From the IMG/VR virus record IMGVR_UViG_3300004369_000001, positions 32,001-96,000 of that record: DNA of 64,000 nucleotides; one strand, written 5' to 3'. Below the pieces are notes generated by a model. It was not told where the DNA came from, did no database searches, and saw only the letters and a list, made by a program, of their open reading frames with translations. This DNA comes from a virus. The position numbers were made by a program, and so were the translations under genes. This document shows, piece after piece, positions 17,503 to 26,259 of the stretch (positions are counted from its first letter, which is position 1; each line of letters opens with the position of its first letter).

Positions 17503-17676
17503 TCAATCCCACGGGTCTCGTGCCTGAGATCCCTGTCCCTGTCTTGCCTCAAATCGCTCTTTTTCGATGATTCTAGCAAGCACGACCTGATCATCCCGCC
17601 CGCACCTGAAACCATACAAAAAACCGATCTTATAACCCAAGGCGAGACCTATGACAGTGAAAGCAACACTTAGCAT
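17503..17676 (-). CDS. Small membrane protein (57 aa)
   Basis: Read manually: MLSVAFTVIGLALGYKIGFLYGFRCGRDDQVVLARIIEKE.. Confidence 0.55.
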   Translation of the reverse strand: MLSVAFTVIGLALGYKIGFLYGFRCGRDDQVVLARIIEKERFEARQGQGSQARDPWD

Positions 17677-17679
17677 GAT

Positions 17680-17868
17680 TCAGTAAGATTGATCGAGTTT
17701 CTTGTGATCGTTGTTTGCGAGAGATAATTGCCTCTCAAACTCAATACGCAATGAGATAAGATGCCTCCTCAAGAAATCCTTGAATGTTACATGTGGATCA
17801 TCAATTTGCTTCTCAATCTCATCAATTTGTGCAAGAATTGTTTCTAATGTTTGTGATGTATCAGACAT
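17680..17868 (-). CDS. Hypothetical protein
   Basis: ORF track. Confidence 0.65.
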   Translation of the reverse strand: MSDTSQTLETILAQIDEIEKQIDDPHVTFKDFLRRHLISLRIEFERQLSLANNDHKKLDQSY

Positions 17869-18061
17869 AGAGATTATTCATGAAAGTCCATTCATACTCG
17901 CTATCTTGAGGATCAACACCATCAACAATCCACTCTTCACATACAGCAATGGCATCCTCATTCTTTCCTTCCTTAACAAGATTAGTCAAGCGAAGGAAAT
18001 AGGTTTCACCCATGTTTTCGATGCTGGTTTCCTTCTCGTTGATGTCGTAATCCATGATCAT
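17861..18061 (-). CDS. Hypothetical protein
   Basis: ORF track. Confidence 0.65.
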   Translation of the reverse strand: MIMDYDINEKETSIENMGETYFLRLTNLVKEGKNEDAIAVCEEWIVDGVDPQDSEYEWTFMNNLYV

Positions 18062-18261
18062 TTAGAATGTTGAAGTCGAATGATTTTTTGAAGCAAATCA
18101 GTGTGTGGAGTATTCTCAACGAGACCGCGAAGAATAGCGAGATCACACTTATTTAACTTTGTAATGAAGATATCTTCATCGAGATCTTCATCTTGTAGAG
18201 TTAGATCTGGATTCTCCCAAAAGTCGATCCAGTCACTATCATTTGCTGCAGAAGTGATCAT
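18058..18261 (-). CDS. Hypothetical protein
   Basis: Start probably MITSAAND (TGATG overlap). Confidence 0.6.
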   Translation of the reverse strand: MITSAANDSDWIDFWENPDLTLQDEDLDEDIFITKLNKCDLAILRGLVENTPHTDLLQKIIRLQHSK

Positions 18262-18446
18262 CAGAAAGGATTGCTCCAACGCTCATATTGTGAGAGAGTG
18301 ATATAACCCTCTTTGCACAGTTTATCAGTAAAGTCATTCCATTCAGTGCGCTTCCAAACTACATCATTCTTGAGTTTGGGATGTGCATTAGTGATGACTT
18401 TCCAGTTATACTTAAACTGCTGAAGTGCTTGTGCTTTGGTAGTCAT
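18261..18446 (-). CDS. Conserved phage early hypothetical protein
   Basis: MTTKAQALQQFKYNW..WNDFTDKLCKEGYITLSQYERWSNPF. Confidence 0.75.
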   Translation of the reverse strand: MTTKAQALQQFKYNWKVITNAHPKLKNDVVWKRTEWNDFTDKLCKEGYITLSQYERWSNPF

Positions 18447-18465
18447 GTCGAATTGCTTTGACCTT

Positions 18466-18527
18466 GTTATATTTGCACAGATCGGGTGCCTGTGCTCATT
18501 TGGTGTGCAGGTTATTCAAGTGGCACA
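18466..18527 (-). repeat. Early promoter element, copy 5
   Basis: gttatatttgcacagatcgggtgcctgtgctcatttggtgtgcaggttattcaagtggcaca. Confidence 0.8.
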
Positions 18528-18760
18528 CGACCATCCGTGATTAGATTCAGTAGAGTCTGTGCGCGTGATCGATGTAGATCATGGTATGCAATCGCACCCT
18601 CAATAGCAGACACTAACTCATCATAACATTGCCGAGGATTTGTATCATCGGAGTTGAGATAATCATCGATTGCCTCTTCAAGACGTTGGCGACGTTGCTC
18701 AGAATACTTCTTATCCACTTCAGATTGCAGGTGGAAGGTGTAAGCGTCAGTCATAATCAA
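18512..18760 (-). CDS. Hypothetical protein
   Basis: ORF track. Confidence 0.7.
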   Translation of the reverse strand: MIMTDAYTFHLQSEVDKKYSEQRRQRLEEAIDDYLNSDDTNPRQCYDELVSAIEGAIAYHDLHRSRAQTLLNLITDGRVPLE

Positions 18761-19029
18761 ACAAGTTGCAGTTGAGGGGCATTTGTAACTTTGAAAGTGT
18801 TACCATCAGTGCCGATGGAAACATTAGGGGGGAGAATGGAGTTGTTGTCAATAACCTCCCAAGTGTTGTCAGTCTCCTTGATGACAGCGAAACCAAAGAC
18901 ACCAGCAGTAGGCATCATAAACAAACCGTGCTTTTCTGCCTGCCTAGCAGATGCAAACCCACGGGCAGTGATAGTCCAGGTGATACCAGACTGATCACCA
19001 CCGAAGTATGCACAAATGAAGTCAGTCAC
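18757..19029 (-). CDS. Early hypothetical protein
   Basis: GTG start (VTDFICAYFGG) fits the position of the upstream promoter. Confidence 0.65.
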   Translation of the reverse strand: MTDFICAYFGGDQSGITWTITARGFASARQAEKHGLFMMPTAGVFGFAVIKETDNTWEVIDNNSILPPNVSIGTDGNTFKVTNAPQLQLV

Positions 19030-19056
19030 GTTGCTTTGTTTGTTTGTTACCTGAGT

Positions 19057-19115
19057 ATTGTAGGGCACAGCGGGTCACTGGGCGCTTGGAGTGTGGAGGT
19101 TTGTAGAGTGGCACA
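19057..19115 (-). promoter_or_regulatory. Early promoter element, copy 6 (degenerate)
   Basis: TGTGCCACTCTACAAACCTCCACAC with -10 TACAAT at conserved spacing. Confidence 0.55.
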
Positions 19116-19344
19116 ATCAACGATAGAGGGGCGATCGATTGAGTTGATAACCCTCACGCAATGCATGTATGATTATATTATCATACGAATGTGAGCGGAG
19201 AGGGATGTGTCGGTGCAACAAATAATCTTCACAATCTTCTGCTAATGCCTCTTTATCTTCGTGTGACATTGATTCGAGATCGATCATTGGTTGTCTTCAA
19301 ACAGAAACACAGTCTACTCTATGTATGGACTTCAGCACCGAAAC

Positions 19345-19878
19345 TTAAGGATGATTTCGGATTTCAGGTGGGACACAGATTAGTCCTAGAGTGAGTCTAA
19401 CTCCTCTAGATGGTGGATTGCCCCAGTGATGCAAATGGGATGGAAATATCACCATTCTATTCTCTTTGAATGGTATCCTGTGCAGTGATTCAGTAGAATG
19501 ATCTGCAAAGATCAAATCACCATCAATACCCTCCACCATGTAAACTACACTCATTGGACCAATCTCATCAGCATCAGTATGCTCTTCAGACAATAGTCCA
19601 ACACTTTGAAAGTTTAACAGTGTGCGTTGCACTTTATATCCAGGCAACAGATCATCATCATGAGTAACATCAGCGTTGAGATATTCAACAAACCAATCAT
19701 ACTCAGGACCAACCCATCTTCCATTGGATACCATCATCGTCCCGAAGAATCTGCTCTTTTGATAGTTACCATAGGGTGAGTTTGTGAAGCGCACAGGATA
19801 CTCTAGAAGGCGCTGTGATGCCTCTGAAAGCATCCAGGTAGGGTATCTATCATCGATGACCTTAATTAGATCTTTCAC
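19345..19878 (-). CDS. 2OG-Fe(II) oxygenase
   Basis: EHTDAD, NRMVIFPSHLHHWG, VRLTL. Confidence 0.85.
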   Translation of the reverse strand: MKDLIKVIDDRYPTWMLSEASQRLLEYPVRFTNSPYGNYQKSRFFGTMMVSNGRWVGPEYDWFVEYLNADVTHDDDLLPGYKVQRTLLNFQSVGLLSEEHTDADEIGPMSVVYMVEGIDGDLIFADHSTESLHRIPFKENRMVIFPSHLHHWGNPPSRGVRLTLGLICVPPEIRNHP

Positions 19879-20063
19879 TTGAATCCTCCTCCTTTTGTCT
19901 TAGCATCAAGCACCTCAACATGTGATAGATGTTGTGGGAAGTTCCACCATGCTCTCATCACATCTTCATAATCATCTAGAATCTTGACACTACCATCGAC
20001 ACACCATACTTTATAACGATGTCGATCATATGGAGCATCTGATGTGCGTGTGAAGTGTGTCAT
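19875..20063 (-). CDS. Conserved cyanophage hypothetical protein
   Basis: PYDRHRYKV..LSHVEVLD. Confidence 0.75.
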   Translation of the reverse strand: MTHFTRTSDAPYDRHRYKVWCVDGSVKILDDYEDVMRAWWNFPQHLSHVEVLDAKTKGGGFK

Positions 20064-20263
20064 TTGTTTTCTTCAATCAACCAATTATCATCTTGTGGAG
20101 CATCAACCCAAAACCAATAATCTGGGTTGTCCCATGCACTAACGAAGATGCGATTGCCCTTCTTGTGCTCTACTCTCACTTGGTTTTTGTTATTCAGATA
20201 ATTAGCAAGATCATTCCTTGCTTTTTCGCTGATAGGTATAACGGTGGCAGTATTTCTTAGCAT
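20060..20263 (-). CDS. Hypothetical protein
   Basis: ORF track. Confidence 0.7.
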   Translation of the reverse strand: MLRNTATVIPISEKARNDLANYLNNKNQVRVEHKKGNRIFVSAWDNPDYWFWVDAPQDDNWLIEENK

Positions 20264-20499
20264 GGTGGTGGCATTGCGGTGAATGGTGTGGTGAGATCTT
20301 TATCAATCTCACTTCCTACTTTCTTTGCATTTATAGGAGAATGAATTGCTCCTGTTTTCTTCTTGATAAATCCCCACACAGTTTTAACTGGTTCAGTGGT
20401 ATAAACGTAGGGATAGTGATGATGTAACCACACAACATCGTAAGTCTTGTTAAACTCAGCGACGCTGTAATGATACCCATCGGGTGCCTCATGAATCAT
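20257..20499 (-). CDS. Conserved cyanophage hypothetical protein
   Basis: HEAPDGYHY..TVWGF..SPINAKKVG..TPFTAM. Confidence 0.75.
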   Translation of the reverse strand: MIHEAPDGYHYSVAEFNKTYDVVWLHHHYPYVYTTEPVKTVWGFIKKKTGAIHSPINAKKVGSEIDKDLTTPFTAMPPPC

Positions 20500-21335
20500 G
20501 TGAGAATTGTCAATAGGTGAGGTTTGCAAAGTTTAGCACGTTTCTGTGCCATTTCACAGTAAGTTTGATCAATCTCAAAACCAATAAACTTCCTGCCCTC
20601 TTCTATACACACCTGAGCAGTTGTGCCACTACCCATGAAAGGATCAAGCACCACATCATTCTTATCACTCCAGGTGATAATATGACCTCTTGCTAACTCC
20701 TCAGGCATGGTTGCAGGGTGTTTGTATGACTCTTTGGATGATTGTCCAAACCCACCGCTATTCTTAATCTTCCAAATGTTGGTCCTTACACCATATTCTC
20801 TGATTTCTTTGCTCTTCTTGCCTGGGTCATGCATTGTCCCATCCTTGCGCCTGGTTTTAGCATTTCCGAAGGAAGTATAACCTGCCCATGCATTTTTCTT
20901 ATCTTGGATAAGATTGATGGTCTTAGGTTTGCCCTTGGAGAGGATAAAACAATACTCAAAGATTTGAGTATATCTCACGCTATTAGGACCAGAAGCAAAT
21001 GCTGTGCCTGTCTTTTCATAGATCATAGTATCATGTAGACGGAGACCATGAGCATCCATAAAGTATAGGCACTGACGAAAACTACTACCAGTTTCACTAC
21101 CTTTTACCGTTGCGTCGTTGACATTCCACATGATAACACCGCCAGGTTTCAATACCCTGACGATGCTATCTGCTACCCTCTTGAATACCTCATGGTCCCA
21201 CTTGCTGCTGTCATTGTATGTCCGCAGGTCATCGTAGGGAGGAGAGGTGATCACTAGATCCACACTCTCCTCATCCATGAGTTGCATCCCATCGATGCAA
21301 TTCATCAGGTAAGTATCATTGAGCGAGAGTTTCAT
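20496..21335 (-). CDS. DNA amino-methyltransferase, beta class (probably m4C)
   Basis: Motif IV VITSPPY precedes motif I VLDPFMGSGTT; HPATMPEELA; start probably MKLSLN. Confidence 0.93.
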   Translation of the reverse strand: MKLSLNDTYLMNCIDGMQLMDEESVDLVITSPPYDDLRTYNDSSKWDHEVFKRVADSIVRVLKPGGVIMWNVNDATVKGSETGSSFRQCLYFMDAHGLRLHDTMIYEKTGTAFASGPNSVRYTQIFEYCFILSKGKPKTINLIQDKKNAWAGYTSFGNAKTRRKDGTMHDPGKKSKEIREYGVRTNIWKIKNSGGFGQSSKESYKHPATMPEELARGHIITWSDKNDVVLDPFMGSGTTAQVCIEEGRKFIGFEIDQTYCEMAQKRAKLCKPHLLTILT

Positions 21336-21921
21336 ATTCGGTGTGGATAAACTTGGTGGTGCTTCTGATTTTACCATAGATCACAGTAATGCAAGCAGCA
21401 TCATCTTTGTGGATCTGCAGTTTGCTGAAACCGTTGTTATTCTTGCCAGTCTTTGTAACGCTGTCAGTCCACCCAGTCGCCTCATTAGTGGCGAGGGAGA
21501 GGTCAACAATAGCAGCGAAACAACGAGGGAAGATGTTACCAACCTGCTGCACTTTGCAGACAAAGACCTTATCAACCTTAGTCTTGCTGTGGTTGTTGCC
21601 AGTAGCGAAGGATGAAGTATCCTGACCCAGTGTCAGTTTATTCTCCAACTCTTCCTGCAACAGGATAGCATCATAACCAGTAGTCTCTTCGGTGATGTAA
21701 TCAACTCCGAGATTCTTGGCAGCATCCTCTAGAGCAGGGTTGAAGATGTTGGCAAGCAGTTTAGTCTTGTCAACAGTATTCTCACCAAAATACTCATCGA
21801 GATCGCCATAACGACCGCCAGAGATGATGCTGAGACCTTTAGAAAGACGCTGGGTGGTGAGGTTGAGAGCGGCAGGAATCAGGCGAAAGAGTTGATCAGC
21901 GAGTTGTGCGTTTGTTGCCAT
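21316..21921 (-). CDS. Putative PD-(D/E)xK endonuclease (restriction-enzyme-like)
   Basis: TTGYDAILLQEELENKLT matches D-x8-ExK; overlaps the methyltransferase start. Confidence 0.5.
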   Translation of the reverse strand: MATNAQLADQLFRLIPAALNLTTQRLSKGLSIISGGRYGDLDEYFGENTVDKTKLLANIFNPALEDAAKNLGVDYITEETTGYDAILLQEELENKLTLGQDTSSFATGNNHSKTKVDKVFVCKVQQVGNIFPRCFAAIVDLSLATNEATGWTDSVTKTGKNNNGFSKLQIHKDDAACITVIYGKIRSTTKFIHTEYETLAQ

Positions 21922-21945
21922 TGATCGAATTGCTTTGACCTTACT

Positions 21946-22003
21946 AATATACAGACAAAATCACCGTGCGGTGCAAATAGTGGACGGTTTGGCAACTGGC
22001 ACA
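21946..22003 (-). promoter_or_regulatory. Early promoter element, copy 7
   Basis: TGTGCCAGTTGCCAAACCGTCCAC, -10 TATATT; leader AAGGTCAAAGCAATTCGA shared with copy 5. Confidence 0.7.
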
Positions 22004-22161
22004 TCATTCCAATGTCTGATCACTCCTGCAACAATGAAACAATTAGTGATGAAATAAGTGACAAATATAATAGACCGTATACTAGCAATGTTGTCTGCTT
22101 CTCGTTTATCATGGGATGCTTTTTCTCCGAGTGCTTTACACCACAGTCGCCATAGTTTCAT
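21961..22161 (-). CDS. Conserved small membrane protein
   Basis: WRLWCKALGEKA..FITNCFIVAGVIRHW. Confidence 0.75.
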   Translation of the reverse strand: MKLWRLWCKALGEKASHDKREADNIASIRSIIFVTYFITNCFIVAGVIRHWNDVPVAKPSTICTAR

Positions 22162-22388
22162 TCAAACTCTTCTACGATTGGATGATAGGGTAAAACAGGA
22201 ATTGGATGCTTTGTATCATAGTAACCCATCTTGTGCCAGTAGCAATCAAGCATCATCAATTCTTCAGTTGGATCTTTAATGTTATATGCATCAATGTATG
22301 GGTAGTAGTCATCACATTGCCTTACAATAGCAGCAGGCACCTCAATAGGTTTCCAGTGCAGTGGTTCTTGAATAATAATGGGTATCAT
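22158..22388 (-). CDS. Hypothetical protein
   Basis: ORF track. Confidence 0.6.
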   Translation of the reverse strand: MIPIIIQEPLHWKPIEVPAAIVRQCDDYYPYIDAYNIKDPTEELMMLDCYWHKMGYYDTKHPIPVLPYHPIVEEFE

Positions 22389-23623
22389 ACGAGTGCAGTA
22401 GGAGGGACACCTTTGATGAAGATCTCATCAACAACGCGCTGCAGGCGCTTGACAACTTGAGCACCATAATTCTGATGCACAGGCACAGTCACGAAACCAG
22501 TGGGTTTGCGATAGTTAGCAAATGCACCAGGAGTGAGAGCACCAGATTGCAAATCTGCAGCGTCATCTTTATGTAGACGGATCACACGTCCGATCGTTTG
22601 TGCCATCTCAACCACGTTAAGATTACGCAGCAGGATGCAATGAGTGAGACCAGGGACGTTGATACCTTCAGAGAGAATAGAGTAGTGGAAGATAACAAAC
22701 TTGCGTCCATCTTCCTTACCCCATGCAGTCAACGTGTCGAAGAATACTTCACGATTGACCTTCTTATCGTTGACATATGCACCAAACTTAGAGGTAACAT
22801 GGAGCACATCATAACCACGCTCTTTCAACTCTTGGAGGATAGAAGTGTGACCGATGATGTTACCGAGCACCTTGGAAGATGGCACAGCAACCAACACTTT
22901 AGCAGCGTGAGTCTCGTCCAGATTGTCTAGCACATCTTGAATAGATTGCGAGTGATGCACATGTGCCTCATCCTTACTGATGCTCTTGTTGATAGTGAAG
23001 GGCACAATAGTGGGAGGGATGATGCTACCACCAGCAATCAATTCAGGTGCAGGCACACTACAAATAACGTTGCCATACACATCTGCGTTATTCATACCAC
23101 GGCGGTCACGATGACTAATGCGAGGAGTAGCAGTAAAGAAGTAAGCAGAGGAAGCGATGTCACTAACACAAACAGTAGAAACAAAGAAAGACTTTGCAAC
23201 ACTGTTATGTGCTTCGTCAAAGTAAGCACAGTCAATAGTAATGCCAGAGTTAGCAACACGATGGAGAGAATGATAGGTGGTAAAGATAATGCAGGACTCA
23301 CCTGCAGCGCGAGCAGTGTTAGCGAAGAGAGCAATGTTGTCGCTCTTGGTGCTGCTGTAGAAGTGAGTTTCACCACTATGAGCATGACACACATGCACGT
23401 TGCTCTTATCAACAAACTGCATAAACTCATCGCAGAGTTGATTTGCGAGGAGAATACGAGGTGCGACAACTACAATAGTGGCACCTTTCTGCAGTTTGTT
23501 GATAGCATCTTGAATCATAATGAAGGTCTTGCCACCACCAGTGGGGACAATGATCTGACCTTTGTTATATGATTCCATCGCCTCTAGAGCACGCTGCTGG
23601 TGAGGGCGAAGAGTGATGGGCAT
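22385..23623 (-). CDS. Superfamily 2 DEAH helicase (ResIII-like)
   Basis: LRPHQ, PTGGGKT, DEAH, TATP, LSEGINVP, QTIGRVIR. Confidence 0.92.
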   Translation of the reverse strand: MPITLRPHQQRALEAMESYNKGQIIVPTGGGKTFIMIQDAINKLQKGATIVVVAPRILLANQLCDEFMQFVDKSNVHVCHAHSGETHFYSSTKSDNIALFANTARAAGESCIIFTTYHSLHRVANSGITIDCAYFDEAHNSVAKSFFVSTVCVSDIASSAYFFTATPRISHRDRRGMNNADVYGNVICSVPAPELIAGGSIIPPTIVPFTINKSISKDEAHVHHSQSIQDVLDNLDETHAAKVLVAVPSSKVLGNIIGHTSILQELKERGYDVLHVTSKFGAYVNDKKVNREVFFDTLTAWGKEDGRKFVIFHYSILSEGINVPGLTHCILLRNLNVVEMAQTIGRVIRLHKDDAADLQSGALTPGAFANYRKPTGFVTVPVHQNYGAQVVKRLQRVVDEIFIKGVPPTALV

Positions 23624-23649
23624 GGAGTGCTGGGCGCTTGTCTCCAGAT

Positions 23650-23705
23650 ATTATACACGAAAAAGGGCACCCATAGGTGCCCTGTGCCAGTCTGTTGACT
23701 GTCTA
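23650..23705 (-). promoter_or_regulatory. Early promoter element, copy 8, with embedded terminator
   Basis: GACAGTCAACAGACTGGCACA, then a hairpin, then TG-TATAAT. Confidence 0.65.
23660..23683 (-). terminator. Intrinsic terminator
   Basis: AGGGCACC-TATG-GGTGCCCT followed by TTTT. Confidence 0.7.
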
Positions 23706-23978
23706 TCGTTTGTTTATATCAGGGAGCATATCATTCCCTGGGTGATCGTCAACAACTCCAGTATAGGATTTGCCATACTGTTTAATGGGTTCCATCTCTA
23801 CATCTTCCCATTGATGAGGGTAGATAACAATGCAACACTTGTTGACTCTATCAAATGCATGTTCGTCTTCAGTCTCATCCTTGCTGATGCATAGAGTGAC
23901 ATACTCATCTCCTACAAACTCGATATTGCCCTCAAAACCATTGAAACGGGCGCGAGCACCCTTCACAAAATACTTCAT
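23703..23978 (-). CDS. Hypothetical protein
   Basis: Start probably MKYFVKG; SH3-like G.IEFVGDEYVTLC. Confidence 0.65.
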   Translation of the reverse strand: MKYFVKGARARFNGFEGNIEFVGDEYVTLCISKDETEDEHAFDRVNKCCIVIYPHQWEDVEMEPIKQYGKSYTGVVDDHPGNDMLPDINKR

Positions 23979-24028
23979 AATGTTTCTCAATTCAATAGCA
24001 GGACTATTACCGATTAGGAGTGGTGTTG

Positions 24029-24187
24029 TCATTGATTAAGATGCAGTGTTTCTCGAATGTGTTTCAACAACTGCTCTTGTTTGGGTGATAAACCCCCGCT
24101 AGCGAGGTATTTATTACTGTAGAGAAAGAGCGATTGTTTGATGACCTTTTTCTCTTCGTCAGATAGGATTGCAGATTTTGCCCACAT
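24029..24187 (-). CDS. Hypothetical protein (52 aa)
   Basis: Read manually: MWAKSAILSDEEKKVIKQSLFLYSNKY..; GGGGG Shine-Dalgarno. Confidence 0.55.
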   Translation of the reverse strand: MWAKSAILSDEEKKVIKQSLFLYSNKYLASGGLSPKQEQLLKHIRETLHLNQ

Positions 24188-24219
24188 CGTATCCCCCAAG
24201 CATGGATACCCTATTTAGA

Positions 24220-24936
24220 TTAAGTTTCATAGTATTTTGTATAGTTTGTATCACTAATTAACTCTTCTACTCTACTAGGACTAAAACCAGGCACACCTTG
24301 ATCATATTCTGTGTAGGGATGTAGTTGTTTAGATGCTGCATCTAGCAATTCATTCCTTTCATCGAGTGCCATAAACTTAAAGGCAAGCATATATCTATTC
24401 CACAAGAAGTATGGAGTAGGTGTGCGAGCACTGTGAGGTATTCTCCCATCAAAGATAACAACTCTGCCAGGTTTAGGACAGACAGCATGAAGAATATCTA
24501 GATTGTGATCATAGAATATAGTTTCACCACCATAGTTAGGTATCCAAAACTCATTCATATACACAATCATTGTGACCTGATTGTCACACCAATGTGGTGC
24601 ATCACAATGTATGCGTGGAGCATCACCAAACTTCAGCACATTCATATATGCACTGTAGAGATCTTTCCTGGGAGGTATTGGACAGCGGAGAGATTCCAAT
24701 CTATCTAACACATTCTCATAGAGAGGATTCAGACTGCATTGTGTGAAAGGTGTGGTGCCATGATGATCCACACTGTAGAAATCATGGGTGTAATATGTGC
24801 CACGAAGATCTACCTCTTCTATATTAGTTTGAGGCAGATCCTGTCTACCATGCCAGTAGGGCAATTCAATAACTCTCTGGCATATCTCACTGTCTAGAAT
24901 GTCAGTGTCAAATACTTGAATCAAGGGATGTTGCAT
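24220..24936 (-). CDS. 2OG-Fe(II) oxygenase (prolyl-hydroxylase-like)
   Basis: IHCDAP, YGGETIF, PGRVVIFDGRIPHSA, RYMLAFK. Confidence 0.9.
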   Translation of the reverse strand: MQHPLIQVFDTDILDSEICQRVIELPYWHGRQDLPQTNIEEVDLRGTYYTHDFYSVDHHGTTPFTQCSLNPLYENVLDRLESLRCPIPPRKDLYSAYMNVLKFGDAPRIHCDAPHWCDNQVTMIVYMNEFWIPNYGGETIFYDHNLDILHAVCPKPGRVVIFDGRIPHSARTPTPYFLWNRYMLAFKFMALDERNELLDAASKQLHPYTEYDQGVPGFSPSRVEELISDTNYTKYYET

Positions 24937-25589
24937 GATACTAGAGCAGTAATATTCAATGTCATTACATAACGTGTGCCCTGTCCATTGTTAGGACCAG
25001 TGCGATGACGTAACCATCCAGGAAAGAATAGCACGTCATTTGTCTTAACTGGTATATCTATCCAGTTATCTTCGTTGGGCATTTCATACTCATCAGACAC
25101 AGGTTCTGAGAGTTTGTATATATCAAATGGATTCTTGATCTGTAAGTTACCACTACCCTCAGGCACCTGTAGATAGGCAACCACGGCAACCGTGACATTT
25201 TGATGATGATGCTCTAGTGTAGTTGCACCAGGAGGATGTCTATTGATCCACGATTCTGTGATGTTTCGATATACTCTCTTCAGTGACCATCTATCCCAAA
25301 TGTCATCAACAACCATGGGGATATGATTGCCAGTAAAGTCTTCAAATACTTTCCATCCATGTGGAGGATCGTGCCTACATCTACCAACAGATGATGTGCC
25401 GCCCTTCTCAAGTGCAGAGTTACGATATACACTCTGAGGATCATCAATGATGTCTAGATAATAATCAGTCTCTGGGATTATTTCATTCCAGATGTCAGTG
25501 AAATCATATTGTGACCTGAAGATGAATGGATAGGGATTAACGGATTGAATACCATTTCCTATCAACTGGTCGGGTAAAGGATTTCGCAT
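24921..25589 (-). CDS. 2OG-Fe(II) oxygenase (TIGR02466-like)
   Basis: SWINRH..EHHHQN, DVLFFPGWLRHRT, RYVMTLN. Confidence 0.88.
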   Translation of the reverse strand: MRNPLPDQLIGNGIQSVNPYPFIFRSQYDFTDIWNEIIPETDYYLDIIDDPQSVYRNSALEKGGTSSVGRCRHDPPHGWKVFEDFTGNHIPMVVDDIWDRWSLKRVYRNITESWINRHPPGATTLEHHHQNVTVAVVAYLQVPEGSGNLQIKNPFDIYKLSEPVSDEYEMPNEDNWIDIPVKTNDVLFFPGWLRHRTGPNNGQGTRYVMTLNITALVSCNIP

Positions 25590-26259
25590 GATACAAATGA
25601 TAGTGATGGACAGGAATACTTAAAGAGATTCTTTCTTCAGATGGTGATGCACAATGATAACATCTTGGTGGTATGTATAGAGCATCTCCAGGTTTCAATA
25701 TTACATCAATAGCAGGAGTGAATGAATCGTAGTTTACTGTTGGATCACCTGGGTCTGCTTGAATCACAAATGTTGCACGTCTTTCATTATATACACGCCA
25801 ATGAGTTGTGCCCTTCAACTGCACAATAAAGTTACTAGGTAGATCCTCATGAATATAAAAACTATTACTCTTTCCAAGACCACAATAGATCTGAAATTGT
25901 GAATCGCCAGGGAATATTGACTCCCATTCGCCCACCATTTCAGACCTACGTCTATCTCTGAATGAATAGTTGTTGATGATAATTGTGTGCCCATCTCTCA
26001 GGGCATGAAACAATTCCTCTTTCTCTTCAAAATCATAATTAGACCAACTACGAGCATATTTGGGCGGATTGATCTTTTCAATTCTATGACGACTGACAAC
26101 ATCAATATCAAAGAATTGTGGGTTGTTTAAGCAATACTCAACATCACTCCATGTGCAAATAGAATTACACTCTTCCTGATCGATTACACCCTCATAGTAG
26201 TGTGGGACATCATGATCCCAGTCTCTATCGTATAGTTTAATCGGCAATAATAACGTCAT
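25537..26259 (-). CDS. JmjC/cupin-4 (ROX/YcfD-like) hydroxylase
   Basis: SFYIHED..FIVQLKGTTHWRVY..LKPGDALYIPPRCYHCA..RISLS. Confidence 0.88.
   Translation of the reverse strand: MTLLLPIKLYDRDWDHDVPHYYEGVIDQEECNSICTWSDVEYCLNNPQFFDIDVVSRHRIEKINPPKYARSWSNYDFEEKEELFHALRDGHTIIINNYSFRDRRRSEMVGEWESIFPGDSQFQIYCGLGKSNSFYIHEDLPSNFIVQLKGTTHWRVYNERRATFVIQADPGDPTVNYDSFTPAIDVILKPGDALYIPPRCYHCASPSEERISLSIPVHHYHLYHAKSFTRPVDRKWYSIR

Noticed and set aside
17346-17615. 89-aa ORF from the track
   Set aside because: It runs through a promoter repeat; the alternative frame 17503-17676 fits the gene packing better.
16247-18527. Near-identical 45-60 bp repeats as a CRISPR array
   Set aside because: They are about 1.1 kb apart, separated by genes, each ends in a -10 box, and there are no cas genes.
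20496-23623. Type III R-M system (Mod plus Res)
   Set aside because: The helicase is only 412 aa with no nuclease domain, is separated by two ORFs and a promoter, and the methyltransferase is far shorter than Mod subunits.
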